Assembly (NCBI GenBank): GCA_009103225.1
Contig: RHPI01002955.1
Location: 30,486 to 94,485, forward strand
Reading direction: 5' to 3'
Source: Chlorokybus atmophyticus
Taxonomy: Eukaryota > Plantae > Mesostigma and Chlorokybus algae
DNA length: 64,000 nt
This document shows, one piece after another, positions 11,884-25,158 of the stretch. Each line of letters starts with the position of its first letter. Position 1 is the stretch's first letter. The translations under genes were made by a program, and so were the position numbers. Under the pieces are notes generated by a model, which did no database searches, was not told the origin of the DNA, and worked only from the letters and a program-made list of their open reading frames with translations.

Positions 11884-12350
11884 TTGAGATCTTGGAGGTC
11901 CAGGAACCTCACTCACTGTGCGTTACTGGACCTCAAAAATCTCAGGTTGGCGATATCCTTCGTTCTTTAATGGCTGAGATCTTGGAGGTCCAGCAACCTC
12001 ACTCACTGTGCGGTGCTGGACCTCCAAGATCTCAGGCGGCGATATCTTTCGTTCATAGGTGCCTGAGACCTTGAAGGTCCAGTAACCTCACTTACTGTGC
12101 ATTACTGGACCTCCAAGATCTCAGGTCAGCAATATCCTTCGTTCTTAGGTGCCTGAGATCTGGGAGGTCTAGTAACCTCACTCATTGTGCGGTGCTGGAC
12201 CTCCAAGATCTCAGGTTGGCGATATCCTTCGTTCCTTGATGATGAAATCTTGGAGGACCAGTAACCTCACTCACTGTGCGTTACTGGACCTCAAAGATCT
12301 CAGGTCGGCGATATCTTTCGTTCTTAATGCCTGAGATCTTGGAGGTCCGG
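11884..12350. repeat. Tandem array of ~89-90 bp units, each an inverted-repeat hairpin (5 full + 1 partial)
   Basis: Units start at ~11884, 11974, 12063, 12153, 12242 and 12331; consensus CTGAGATCTTGGAGGTCCAGTAAC-ctcactcactgtgc-GTTACTGGACCTCCAAGATCTCAG plus a conserved linker. Confidence 0.93.
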
Positions 12351-12373
12351 ACCTCATACTGTACTAAGCGGGT

Positions 12374-13526
12374 TGTAAGTTTTAAACACCGTAAACTCAC
12401 TCTAGCATCTTGCCTTTAGGTGGACTATCAGCCGTACATCAACCGGCTTAGCCAAGGACATTGTCAATGTGTGTGGCAATTCAACGGAGGCAACATCGTT
12501 GGTTCTCAAGGACTTGATGACAAAGCAGCTGTAACGATACCACTCACTTACTTGCTGTACGGCTTGGCAAACTTATGCACAAGCACAAGGACTTACTTCC
12601 GGAAGCCCGAAGGAACACACGGTGCAGTACCTTGAAGGGGAAGTCACAGCACCGCACCAAGGAAGGAGAGGATGCCACCAACCTCTCTACTCAACTCCCA
12701 CACACATGCACACTCAAGCACACCCCACACACATGTGCAGAGCTGCCACAAGCATCACACCCCACATGGGAAGAGAGGGAGAGCCCCTTGAACAATCAAA
12801 CTAGGCACCCCACACACAAGAATCGAGTATGCACATGCTGAGCCCCCTCAACACTTGTTGAGGCCGTTCATATACCCCCTCTTTGCTGGTCTCCGACCTA
12901 GAACATCCAAGTCCAAGGCTACTTGCCTTGTCACGGCTGCGTTGACCACAACTCATGTCTAGGGCTGCCACATCAGCCCTTGGACCTCTTGTTTAGTGTC
13001 CAAGACTGATTACACATCAGCCTCGGACATCGTGAACGTCCTTGGCTGGCCACATCAGCCTTGGACATCACAAACATCACCCTTGGGCAACGTGAACGTC
13101 CTTGGCTGGTCATATCAGCCTAGGACATCACACACATGCATACATATGCATCCCTATGCATAAGTATGCGCGCATATGCACACATATGCGCATGCATGCA
13201 TACACATGCATACATCAAGTACGTACCTCATATTGTCACATATGCACTCATATGCGGACATATGCACATGTAAACATATGCACACGCATGCGGACACATG
13301 GCTCACATGGCCATGTCTCAATGGTACCGACCAGCTCTGTGCTTGCTGATATGCAATACCTTGTGTAGTTTATCTCACTCAAGGCCTCATAGGCTCAAGA
13401 GCAGACCACGTGAGAGCCACCCCACAAGCACTACACATGCTTATCACATGGAAAACGCACCCGGTCTCATCTTACTTACATAAGTAAGGAACAGAGAATG
13501 ACTTTAGCAGCCTTATAGGCGTGACA
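12374..13526 (-). repeat. LTR-like repeat family C (~1.15 kb), isolated copy
   Basis: Minus strand runs TGTCACGCCTATAAGG..CTTACA; homologous to 43319-44463 and 18956-19016; no TSD found. Confidence 0.65.
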
Positions 13527-13539
13527 GCAGCCGTTGCTG

Positions 13540-16500
13540 CAAGCTGCCGTTTAACACGATGAAGACTTTCAGCCTGTTGCCGATGCCCCAGCCCTTCGCA
13601 CCGTTACCAAAATGTATCAAAAAGCCTATTAAGAAGTCAAGGCAGCAAACACAGAAGCCCATCGTCATGCGCGAGCCGTGCTTGTCAAAACCGGTAGCAG
13701 TGTGTTGTTGAAAGTCTCGAACGACGTACGTGTCGCTCAAAAGCTCGCTGCACTCCTTAACATCAAACGTCATCGGTTTTTTTAGCTGATATCAATCCGG
13801 AATGATTGGATCCTGAAGCATAATAGCAAACGCAAAGACAGCTTGCGTATGGCCTTGTGGAATTTGATCCAACAATTTGGCATGACAACGCTAGAGAGTC
13901 TGCATCCAAACACGATCAAAGTCACGCTCGAGATGAAGTCATTAACAAGAGGCTGCGCAATATCGAAATCTTTAAAAGACATTTGAAAGGCACTACGCAC
14001 ATAGAGCTCTTCTTAATGTTTAAAGAGCAGCACCCGGAAGTTCAAGTACTGCAGCGGTTATTTGAGCTACTGAAAGCTGAAATCTTACTATATCAAAGGA
14101 CGAGACGTTCAACATGTTTGTGTTTGTTCAGCACATACAAAGGACGAGACGTTCAACATGTTTGTGTTTGTTCAGCACATAAAGAACAAGCAAATGTGGG
14201 TCACCCTTACCAATTTTATGCGCTTGCGGCACAATGATAACTATCGCCGTCCCTGCGATTACTGTGAGGTAAGCAAGCTGGCAGTCACTCGACATGTAAC
14301 ATCTTACAAGCCGCATGCCGCTTGCATATTGTTCAACATATACAAAAGATCTGCGGCTGCGATGCTTTTTGCAATCATATTATCTACAACAAGTGTTTAC
14401 TGGCCCGCAAAAAATTTTCGAGCCAGATCAAACGTCGTGAACTCTATCATGTGTCCAAAGGAGCCTGGTGAAGAATATTATAGGAAGCGCTGTGTCCAAG
14501 GGGAAAGCAGTCGGTGTGGCTGAGACAAGCTTGCTCCAAAATGTCCTACATATTTGCAAGGCGTCACTACGCGACTATGTCCGTCCCCTTACAAAAAGCA
14601 AAAGCAGAGAGGGCGCGCTGCTGATGGTGCTGTCAAAGAGTACGAACGCGTGGATTTCGTCAAGCAATCACTTACTTACTCAGCATTCTGCATGTGATAC
14701 TGACCTATGCTACAGGACTTTTGCTGGCACACGTTTCTGGGTTCGTGGCAAGCTTCTCAGCGACGACAGTGCTTACACACGCGGCACCATTGTCATCAGT
14801 GACTTTTCGGAGAAGTATACCATTCGCCTAAACAACGAGCTGATGCAGCAGCACTTTCAACTGCACCTGTAGTAATCTATGTTATGATAGTGTAATGCCG
14901 GTTAATGTGGAATAGGCTAAGAAGGGCTTGTGCAGCATTAATAAGCATTTCACAACCACTCGTAGCAGCGTCATTTGCTATCATGGCCTAGTCGGCAAAG
15001 CCCCGCATTACATCGGTACTCGGAGCTCTAAAGGTCGTGAGTTCGAGTCCCATCAGGCGCAAAGAATTGCGCGCGAGTGCTTAGGTTTTCGCGACCGTCG
15101 GAAACGATCCAAGGCCGTTAAGTAGTGAGAAGTTACAAACTTAACTACGAGATTGAGTGGGTTGAGTAGGCGCGCAGGGTCGCTCCTGCGCGCGGCAACG
15201 TGGCAAGTCGCCGCGGAAAACTATGCGGTATGACCGGTAACGGCTGGTCATGGCCGGACGCGAGCAAAACCCTGCCGGTCAGGAAGGACCAAGATGTGCA
15301 GGTGAAATTGCGGTTAAAGCCGGGTTAAATGTAATGGTTAATATGAAATAGGCTAAGAAGGGCTTGTGAAGCATTAATAAGCAATACACAACCTCTTATG
15401 GTAGCAACTTTTGCTATCATGGCCTAGTTGGCTAAGCCCCACATTAGTGCATTTGCACGCGCAGATTGAGATCGATGGCATCGAGTGTACAGATGAGGAG
15501 CCTGTGAGCATGAAAAAGGTAAAACAGCATGTGTTACGTCAATGGACCTTTTATAGCTGACTTGCCCGCTGACCAGGTTGGACTCAGCCGTATTTCACGC
15601 AGGTGCACTTTTTCATAACGGATGACACCATTAAAGACAGCTTCATAGTGCATCATTGCATCAGAAGACTCCTGAGGGGGTATTGGCGCAGCGACAATGA
15701 TGTACACAAAATCGTCAGTTGAAGTAATAAATGTAGCATACAATTCAAGTGCGCGAAACAATTTGGACAGATAGCAAAGTCTGGAGTGCTTGTTCCCACG
15801 ACCTCTGCATCGGCTGTTGAATGCAAGAACGACCCTGCGGCTTATTGCCATGTAAAGTTAGAGTGGCATTATCCTTGCCCTCAGCACGGCAAAGGAGAAC
15901 ACGGCGGCTAGGGAGGAACATTAAAGCACCTTCTTGACAGAGCAGTGCTGCAGGACGAACAGATAGTGAATGCTAAGTCTGCAACACATTACGCTAATGA
16001 GCACCTGGGCCAAGGAGCTGTATCCACGTATGTATCTCGAGAAGGCGAGATGTGTGTGGAAGCGCTTTTTTCACCTTTTTGATATTGACAAGGTTGTGCA
16101 TAAACCGGAAGCAATTACCGGACAGTGCCATGCACTATAAAGTTTCAGGTCATGCGAGCAACGGGTGAGGCGGACCGCTTTATGTCCCGTGCGCTCACTT
16201 GCTTTTGTGCACCATGTGTCGAGGAGCTGCATTCTAGCTGCGTCAACAAGGAGTATGCGGGCAGGTGGAAGCGGCAGGTGCTTGTGGCTAGAGATGATGA
16301 AGCGGAGGAGGCTAAGCAAGAGGTAGGCATTTCTCAGATCTTGAAAGTGCAGCATTTGAACACTTAGATTTGCATGAGATGTTTAAAGTAAATAGTTGCC
16401 AGCACATGTAGCTGAATGTTATGTGAGACAGTGCTGAGCCTGCAAGTATAGTGAAGGTTCAGTATCCTGAATTGCTTGCTGACTGTGCACCCTTATACAT

Positions 16501-17105
16501 AAACGTCATGAGAGACATTACTGAGCTTGCTAGTTAATCAACATCCAGCATCTTGCAATGCGTGCTGATGCAAGCAGGGTATTGCAGTTTTTGTAATTTT
16601 AGTGCTTGCTGTCTTGCGGACATTAATGCTAAACCAAGAGACGCTGATATTGACCTTGAAGAAGTGGGATCTCTTCGTTGTATCTTCAGACAAGAGCGCT
16701 GAAGATCACGACAGGGATGCACTTTATTTATTGGATCATTCAATGTGTGGAGGAGGCAGAAAAAAATCGTCAATCCACAACCCTTGTGGACAGCTACAGC
16801 AACAGGGTGCTTCCGGACACCCTGTATGTTACACGAGTATACTTTTGCAACTCACGCAACAACATGTCCAAGTTTAAGAGTTGCCAAAACGGTCTTTGTG
16901 GTTCCGACCGCCTCAACCCCACAAAATGGCAAGAGTACCAGCTTACATACTGCAGTGCGCACCCAAGGTCACGTTAAAGCGGGAGTTCAAAAGTAAACGA
17001 CTTACCCGGAGTAAGAAATCCAAGCTGAAGACATGGATAGGTATAAGGGAGTCGTTGTTTCGCATACGGGACGAGTTGCATGAGGCCATCCTTGAGGTGT
17101 TGTGA
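13540..17105 (+). pseudogene. Sola2-like DDD/E DNA transposase remnant
   Basis: LFLMFKEQHPEV..FELLK, CLC, CPKEPG..CVQG.SRCG, ISDFSEKY..ELMQQHF (14801), FITDD, QFKC (15741), EWHY..QHGKGEH (15885), LTCFCAPC..SCVNKEYAGRWK. Many stops and frameshifts. Confidence 0.7.
14900..15445 (+). repeat. ~105-bp diverged direct repeats enclosing a ~330-bp insert that begins with a tRNA-like B-box
   Basis: AATAGGCTAAGAAGGGCTTGTG..TGGCCTAGT.GGC.AAGCCCC.CATTA at ~14905-15009 and ~15345-15445; GAGTTCGAGTCCC at ~15039-15051. Confidence 0.7.
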
Positions 17106-17468
17106 AGTAAAACAACTAGGGTTGTACATTTGTGTGGCTAAGTGTAGACTGTTTACCAAGGTAATGCAAGTTGCTGTAGTTGATGTTGAATCATGTTTTC
17201 CATGTATAATGTGCTGCCGTGGATATCGCTTCATGTATCTTCAAAAGTTGCAAATTGTGTAAACATCATCATGTTTTCATGTGGGAATTAGCTCATTTAT
17301 TATGATGAGTATTATGTGCATTCAAGATAAAATCTCATGCAATATAAAAGGAATGTAGGGTCCCATACATTCAGTTGTTTTCAGCCTATCTTAGGCCCAT
17401 TTTTACAACTCTGAAGCCCCCAAGCCATTTGCAAAAAGTGTAACCCCAGACCTTGCTACACGCCTATA

Positions 17469-18955
17469 ATGAAGTTTAGCACGTCATGCCGTCCGCAAAC
17501 AGCTGGCCAAACGGAGCGCGCAAATCACGTAATTGAAGACATGCTGCGATGCTACGTGAACGCACGACAAAATAACTGGGCGGAGCAACTGGAAGTGGCG
17601 GAATTCGCAATGAACAATCACAAGAATGCAAGCACCGGCGTAACCCCCTTTCTGATGAATTACGGTCAGCATCCATTGACGCCGTTAACACATGGGTACC
17701 ACACGGAGATGTGCATGTGAGGCGGCGGGTGACTTCTTGAAGACATGTGTTAACATCACCAAAGCGGCCAAACAAGCTTTTTTAGTGGCGCAAAACAGGC
17801 AGAAGCAGCACGTAGACGCACATTGCCGGCATGTTACATTGAATGAAGATGACATGGTATTGCTTTCTGCGAACTTGCTGGTACGTGCTGCAGTTTGCAA
17901 GTGAAGTAAACGCTGGCTTGGACCATTTAAAGTCATTACGGTGATCTCGGACGTCGCGTACAAGTTGCAACTACCTGAGACTATGCACATCCACCCTGTC
18001 TTTCATATATTCCTGCTAAAACCATATCGAGGAGAACCACCATTGCGTCCACCGCCTGAATTGGCTACAGACCATCATGTGGAACATGAAGTGGAGGACA
18101 TTGTTGGGGAGAAAATGGTGCGCAACATGCGCAAATGCTTAGTGAAGTGGAAGGGCTACCCTATGCATGAGGCCACTTGGGAAGCGGAGGAGCACCTAGC
18201 GAATGCACAACAAGTTGCAAGCGTATTTGCAACGACGTTCAGTACAACCTTGCGAGCTTGGAGGACGAAGCTCACCTAGGGGGGGAGGAGTGTAACAGTC
18301 GCCGTCAATGTCATGATTTCATGACCTTTTAGGCCTTATTTATCAAGTATCATGTTTTCATGACTTGTGGCGGATAACGGTGAGTTGTGAGTCTGCCGCA
18401 GATATTGACCGGCCCCAGGACCGGTCTAGAACACGCCAGAAAACGGAGGGCCAGTCGAGAAGGACTCGACCAGATTTCTGGAAGGGTCTGGCGCCAAATA
18501 GTATAACTTTGCCATCTGGGCATCTTTTGAGGAGTTCCTTGGTGCGTAGGAAAGGTCTATGAGTGTAATACAAGGTTCTACAAGAATATTTTAGCTTCTT
18601 ATTCCGTCTAGCTCGAGAAACGTCTGGACAGTAGCATGTGCAGACAGGTAGGTATGAAAAGGACATTTCACTTTGCAATACAACCTTTAGCTCCCTAGTT
18701 TCTTGTGTGCAAGCTTGGTGGTGGTTAGCAGGGGTTGCTAGCGTGTGTCCACTGGTGTGTGCTTGCTTGTGTGACGATTCAAGGCGCTACACAAGTCGGT
18801 GTGTAGTTTCGAGCGCATGCGTGTGCGTGCGCGAGTGGCGGGGCGCGCGTATGTGCTTGGCAGAGGGGGCAAGGTTCCGGGGTGAATACCGTGTCTTCGT
18901 GAGAGGTTAGTTGATTGGACCAACTCATAGGTGACAAGGCACGAGCACCGTCACA
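17469..18955 (+). mobile_element. Gypsy chromovirus family A, 5'-truncated copy (integrase C-terminus, chromodomain, LTR 18291-18955)
   Basis: QTAGQTERANHVIEDMLR, GPF, chromodomain LVKWKGYPMHEATWE, same PPT and LTR as 1393-2064. Confidence 0.93.
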
Positions 18956-19016
18956 CTTATCATGAAAGTAAAGTAAGTGACAGAGAGGGACTTAAGCCAG
19001 CCTTATAGGCGTAACA
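18956..19016 (-). repeat. 61-bp 5' fragment of LTR family C
   Basis: Reverse complement starts TGTTACGCCTATAAGGCT and aligns with the start of 12374-13526. Confidence 0.65.
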
Positions 19017-19929
19017 ATACCTTAGGGTATGGTGTGGTAGGCATTTGCATGCAGCATTGCCTTGCTGCGCATTCTTTACATCAGGTCGCGTGTGCAATAT
19101 CATTTTATGCATACACCCAACAGGTGACAACAAAAGCGTTGCATGAACAGTCAATTTTATCTCTGAGGCCTATATGTCTATTGCTGCATTAACTGCATAC
19201 AATTGTAAGCAAATATTGTAATATTCACATACTCCACACCTGCATGATAAGTTTGTATGAAAACCGCATCGTGACATAATTGTTTGACATCGATTGATTG
19301 CTGCGTAATCATGAGGTGTAATTGTAAACATTTATGGATGTTTATTATCATTGAATAGTGTTGTTATGAATTTAGTAGATTTGAAAAGTATCGTGCTCAA
19401 AAGACGTTTATATATGCTATTTGCTTGGTCAAACACTGTACAACATACGGTATTGCATTTCAAGTCAATCGTAAACATAAGAATAAGAAAAAACTCCGAG
19501 ACGGCATGTCATGAAATTTTTATCTTTCCAGCAGCTCAACTTCTGCAATCGAGTGATAACCAACTGAAATGCGTAGGTTGGGGAGGGTTTGACGGATAGT
19601 ATATTAAATGTTTTTGCAAAGCTTCCTATGAACATTTTGGCGCAGTACGATACTGTCACGCGCTTTGCTGAATGCAATGACATCACATATACATCACATC
19701 ACACATCACACATTGCAGGAATATATTGTCATATTATGTCAGGCAGACAGCTTGAGTGAATGAACCACCTTGAAAACCATCTCTCTCAAATGCAAATTGC
19801 AGTCTGAACTGATCTCATTTGTAAAGGCTGATGCGGTGTGCAATGTATTGTTTTTCACGAGCACCGTTCGGATAGCGCTTAGTTGCCAACGGGCAAGTTG
19901 ACACAGAGGAGAGTCTACCTGGGTATTGT

Positions 19930-20099
19930 GCCACGTCGGCTTGCATGTTTGCCACGTCAGCGAGCGCCTGTTTTCAATCGGGTTCTTAACAGGACCTGCC
20001 CACGAAAGAAGATCCGGATCCGGATCAAAGTGTCGTGCTGATCCGAAGTGCAGAAAATGCAAAATTTGGCGCCTCCGTGCTTATCGCCACGTGGATAAG
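19930..20099 (+). promoter_or_regulatory. G-box/ABRE cluster plus I-box upstream of PEX11
   Basis: GCCACGTC at 19930 and 19951, GCCACGTGG at 20086, GATAAG at 20094; 170-335 bp upstream of the ATG. Confidence 0.4.
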
Positions 20100-20264
20100 A
20101 CTGGCGTCTCTCTGGTGTCTGTCTGGGGTTTAAGGCGGCGGCGGCGGTGGCGGTGGCAAGGAGGAGAAGGAATAGGACGAGGGTTTGGAGGGCAAGGGAT
20201 TCAAGAGGAGACGGAGGAAGTGCTGGGTGCTGTTATCGGGGTGGGGCGGTTCTGGTTGGGAGAC

Positions 20265-21726
20265 ATGGACGCGCAGCAGTGCGAGGTGGCCGCGTCGTCT
20301 GTGGCGCTGGCCAGGGCGCAGGTGGCGCTCATTGCGGCGTTTTTAGGCAAGACGGAGGCGCGCGACAAGATTGTCAGGACAATACAGTGAGCTCTTTGTG
20401 TTCAACGTCAACATCGTCGTGTCTGCATAGAGCCCAGATTTGGTGTGCTGCTGCCTTCATCGTGCTTCTTCCCGTGAGTCTGGTTAGCAGCAACAGTTTG
20501 TGCTTGTGTGTACACTCATGTACGTGACCAGTTACCGTTTATTGTTGCAATTGGAGCCACAGCATGCCATGGCAATAAAAGCACAGCACAGCATACTTGA
20601 GCGCACCGCCGCTGCAACTGCTACTAGTGCGGCTGCTGCGTTTGCTGCTAGCATGGCCGTGCACAATTGAGTCAGACTTAACGTGTATGTGTGTCTGCGC
20701 GCCCGCATCCGCACATTTGCGAATGCATGCAGGCGCACATACACACGCAGTCTGATCTGACCCGAACGAGCATGGAAGTGTGGGCAAACATGCGAATGAC
20801 AACTTGGTGGCATTGGGGTTTCACAGAATGCCAAGGGGTCAGTGTGAACTGCGTGCGTGCGTGTGCGTGCGCATTTGCATTGCTTCAGCATGTGTTTGCC
20901 TTCGAAGATACGAGCAAGCACTTGGCACTGGGTCTGACAGGTTCCCAGTGAATCAATTTGTGCATTTCCACAGGTATGGGTCGAAGGCGATCTCGGCTGG
21001 GGAGAAGGGGCCGCTGCTGGATTTGGAGAAGCATGCGTCGATGGCGCGCAAGCTGTTCCGTCTGGCGAAGTCGGTGAACGACCTGCAGCAGCTGCTTGCG
21101 CCCGCACCCAGGGACCAGCCTGCTCCCATTGTGCTGCTCACGCGCGCCAAGCACGGCCTCCTCGGCACCTACTTTGCGCTCGACGCCGTGCTCTGGGCCG
21201 GCCGTGTCGGCGTGTACAAGAACAAGGACCGCGCCGAGCTGCTCGGCCGCATCTCCGTCTGGTGCTGGATGGGCGCCAATTACTGCACCATCGTCACGGA
21301 GGTAAGCGCGGGGGGGTTCAAGTGCGATGACGGTGTGTTAAGCTGTCGCTCTCTCCCTGGACGCTGTGTTGCGTGCAGCTGTCGCAGCTGGCGGCCAAGC
21401 GGCGAGGCGATCGGGCGCGCTACCTCGCACTGCTGAAAGCCTGCCTCGACGTCGTAACAGCGTTTGGGATCCTGCAGCTGGGCCAGAGCGTGCTCAAACC
21501 GCGGCTACAGGGCGTTATCGGGCTGATCTCCTCTCTCATCTCGTGCTACCAGGTATCGTCCGTAGCTCTTTCGTCGCATGGCATACAAGCGCAGCGCTGC
21601 ATGTCCATTCCCGGAATTGTGCACACCGTGCACTTTGTGTCTTGCACTTGCTGCGATGACAACCTGAGTGTCTTGCAGGTTTACCCAGCACAGCCCGCTC
21701 CAGCCCTTAAAGCAAAGGCTGCGTAG
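20265..21726 (+). CDS. PEX11: Peroxisomal membrane protein PEX11 (plant PEX11c/d/e type), 223 aa; exons 20265-20386, 20974-21301, 21379-21552, 21679-21726
   Basis: Spliced product has FLGKTEARDKIVRTIQYGSK, ARKLFRL.K.VNDL, LGRISVWCWMG and SSLISCYQ; GT-AG introns with consistent phases; C-terminal KAKAA. Confidence 0.95.
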
Positions 21727-22697
21727 CGCTATGAGCTGTACTTTGTTTCTTGTACCGTGTAATTGTTTAGTGTACATACGACACATTGAAGCAACAGCCG
21801 CTTGCGCTTGCTCCAACCTGAAGCCGATGAGATGGCGGACCAGCTCTCGTTCAACTCGTGTGCAATCCTGGGCAACGCAAACAGCAGCACAACAAGAGTA
21901 GCCATTGAGAAATGGCACTTCAGACTCCAAAATACTGAGCCATACGGCATGATAGTCTGACCGCGCGGTGCTTGCACAACTCACGAATTCCATGTGTTAT
22001 GGTCCACATTGAGAGGCCTTGATGTGCAGTTTGCGTAAGTTGTACATTAGGGTTCATACTTGTACAACGTTGCACAACAGGCGAATGGATCCAAATTGCT
22101 GCAAGTAGTGCGCATCCCGTTCCATTTGTCATTCACTCATGCTTTGTTGCATAATATTGACCTCACATTGGCATGTGTATGTAAGAACAAGTTGTTGTGA
22201 CTGGGAGCTGGGGGCTGGGTAAGTTAGAGTAAACACATAGCTTGGCGATGCTGAATAACATGTGATGGTGACTGCGATGACATATTCCTCTCGCATTTTC
22301 TGTACAACACTAGCAATGTGTATTAGCCCGGTGATGGTGTATACGAACATGCTTGCATGTGGGTTGGTCTGCAAATGTGTGTGCATGCATGCCTATAACT
22401 GCCACGCGTATAACTCGTACGCAAGCATGTGTGCCCTACAACAACAGAGTGTGCATGCAAACATTGCAGTTGTCAGCATGACTGATCAATCATCTAGTAC
22501 ACTTGTGACCACATGGAAGCAAGGATTTACTAGTACAGCAACATCGTCATACAAAGCTACGCACTGTCAGCCATGCCTATCACACTGCACCAGTAAACTC
22601 AAACGCACGCAAGCACGCCTACACATGCACACCATTGCATATAATCTACACATCTACACGGCTGAAGCTGCCAAAGGAAGGGGTGGGGGGGCGCTCN

Positions 22698-23200
<503 letters not shown>

Positions 23201-25158
23201 AGTAGACCCCAAGGGTAAGTTTGTGAAAATATTGCATATACTAGATATGTACACTTACATGCGAACAATGTACCGTCATTGCGCAACACTATATATGTAT
23301 ATAGTGGCAACAGAGTGATTTTATCTTTAGCTACATTCTCATGTACCTTGTACGTATGCAACATTTTGTCCTGTAACTCTCAGTATAAATGTGTGCGCGC
23401 GCGCGCATATATCATGCATGTCTGAGTAATGTCATGAGTTTATGCATGTATGTATGGGTAACATCATGAGAACAATGCAATAACAAGCATGTTCACTTAT
23501 TTGCAAACAATGTACCGCCAATGCGCAACACCATACATAGTTGCAACAGAGTGCTTTTGACATTAGACACATTCTCATGTACTTATGCAATACATTGTTC
23601 TGTAACTCTGCATGTGAGTGTGTGAATATGTGTGCGCGCATATAACATATAAAACCAATATAATACATGCACATACACATGTATACATGTTTTTATGCTG
23701 TATGCGTGCGCGCGCGCGTGTGTGATGATAAATATAAAAGCATGGGGCTACAAAGAAGAATATACCTCACGCTCGCTCTGTGCACGCGATCACACACATG
23801 CGCATGAGGTGTTCGTATACTAAAATTATACACCATAAAGTCGTTAAGGTAATGATTGGTGCGAGTTAGCTGTCACGCCTAGCATGCAAGGCCTGAATAC
23901 TCTCAACTGCTATGTCGTGACGTATGACAGCATGGTTGAATGGGACTCCTACTCCTTACTATCCATAGGTTTACAGGATACGTGAGCAACCGATATGTGT
24001 GCAGTACCCAACTGCAGCGCTCATGCAATCAGCCTTTGTGCTCGTTGAGTCGTGAGCAAGGTACACTGTGCAGTGCATTAATGAGCAGCTAGCACGTTGT
24101 TGGTCAGTGTCTTCTAACAAGACATGTTGTAAGTACGTGTCATATCTACATATCGATGTCACAACGTGCAAATACCGTTGTCTGTTGAGGACATGCATGG
24201 TCAGGAGATAAGACCGCTAGCACACGCGAACCAATAAGGCAATGTGCTGTAAGGTAAGCGCATGGCCATGCGGGAAGGCCATTGTGGGAAGTGATTTAGG
24301 CTAAGCCACAAGGTATTTGGCATGTACTAGTAGTATTGTGTTGCCTGACAATGAGGCGGGGTGCTTAGCTATTTCGGGGCCTTCTTCCCCCTTCTGGTGA
24401 GAATAGTACCGATGTAACAAAGTTGGTATTACACTTACTACTAAGCTAAATTTCTAGCCCTTTTACCCCAAAACAGCCCTGTTTAACAGGCCTGACGCGT
24501 TATGCGTATATAAAGTTCCAAATCGCCGGGTTATTCCCACATCAAGGGCGTGTGTTATAAAGGTCACGTAAGCATTATGCGCTGACATTTGACCACCGTT
24601 GACAGTTTCTATGCGCCGACGCAGTTTTAAACAGCTAATACACATGTTCTAGGCATGTGTTGGCGGTGTAGTCAACATAGTTGACTTCTACAATATTAGT
24701 ATAGCCTCTTAGGTATATAAGTAGCTAGTATACTGCTAGGAAGGGAGGTTGGACCAAACGGAAATTAAGTTATTTGCCCTTGTTGTGGACGGTGTGTGCG
24801 TGCTTGTGTAGTTTGCATCCATGGTGCGAGTGTGCGCGTGGGTTTGCTTTTGCTACAGCTCTTGCACGGAACAGACTGCCCCCACAAGCTTTGAGGCGCC
24901 TACATTGCCCTCAAGGTGTTCAACCCCACGGTGCGAATACTGTTGTTGATTGATTGCGAGTAGGTGCACGTGTGATAGCGCCATTGGTGTGCTCTGTTGC
25001 ATCCTAGCTCGTTCATCAGGCTGGTTGCTCTGGTGAGGTGTTCAATCAGCACGAGCATTGTTACATTTTGGTATCGGAGCTAGTTTTGCAGGTGGTTATT
25101 AGGTGAATAGCCACATATATTGACCCTTGTTACATCGGACACTTTTCCTCTGCCCACC

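Noticed and set aside
11884-12350. CRISPR array
   Set aside because: The spacers are copies of each other rather than unique, there are no cas genes, and the context is eukaryotic.
17455-17470. LTR-C start (ACGCCTATAA) inverted relative to 18956-19016 around the truncated Gypsy
   Set aside because: A 10-bp match only; not enough to infer a rearrangement.
23871-24412. Another LTR-C copy starting TGTCACGCCT
   Set aside because: Similarity is limited to ~10 bp and no matching end or TSD was found.
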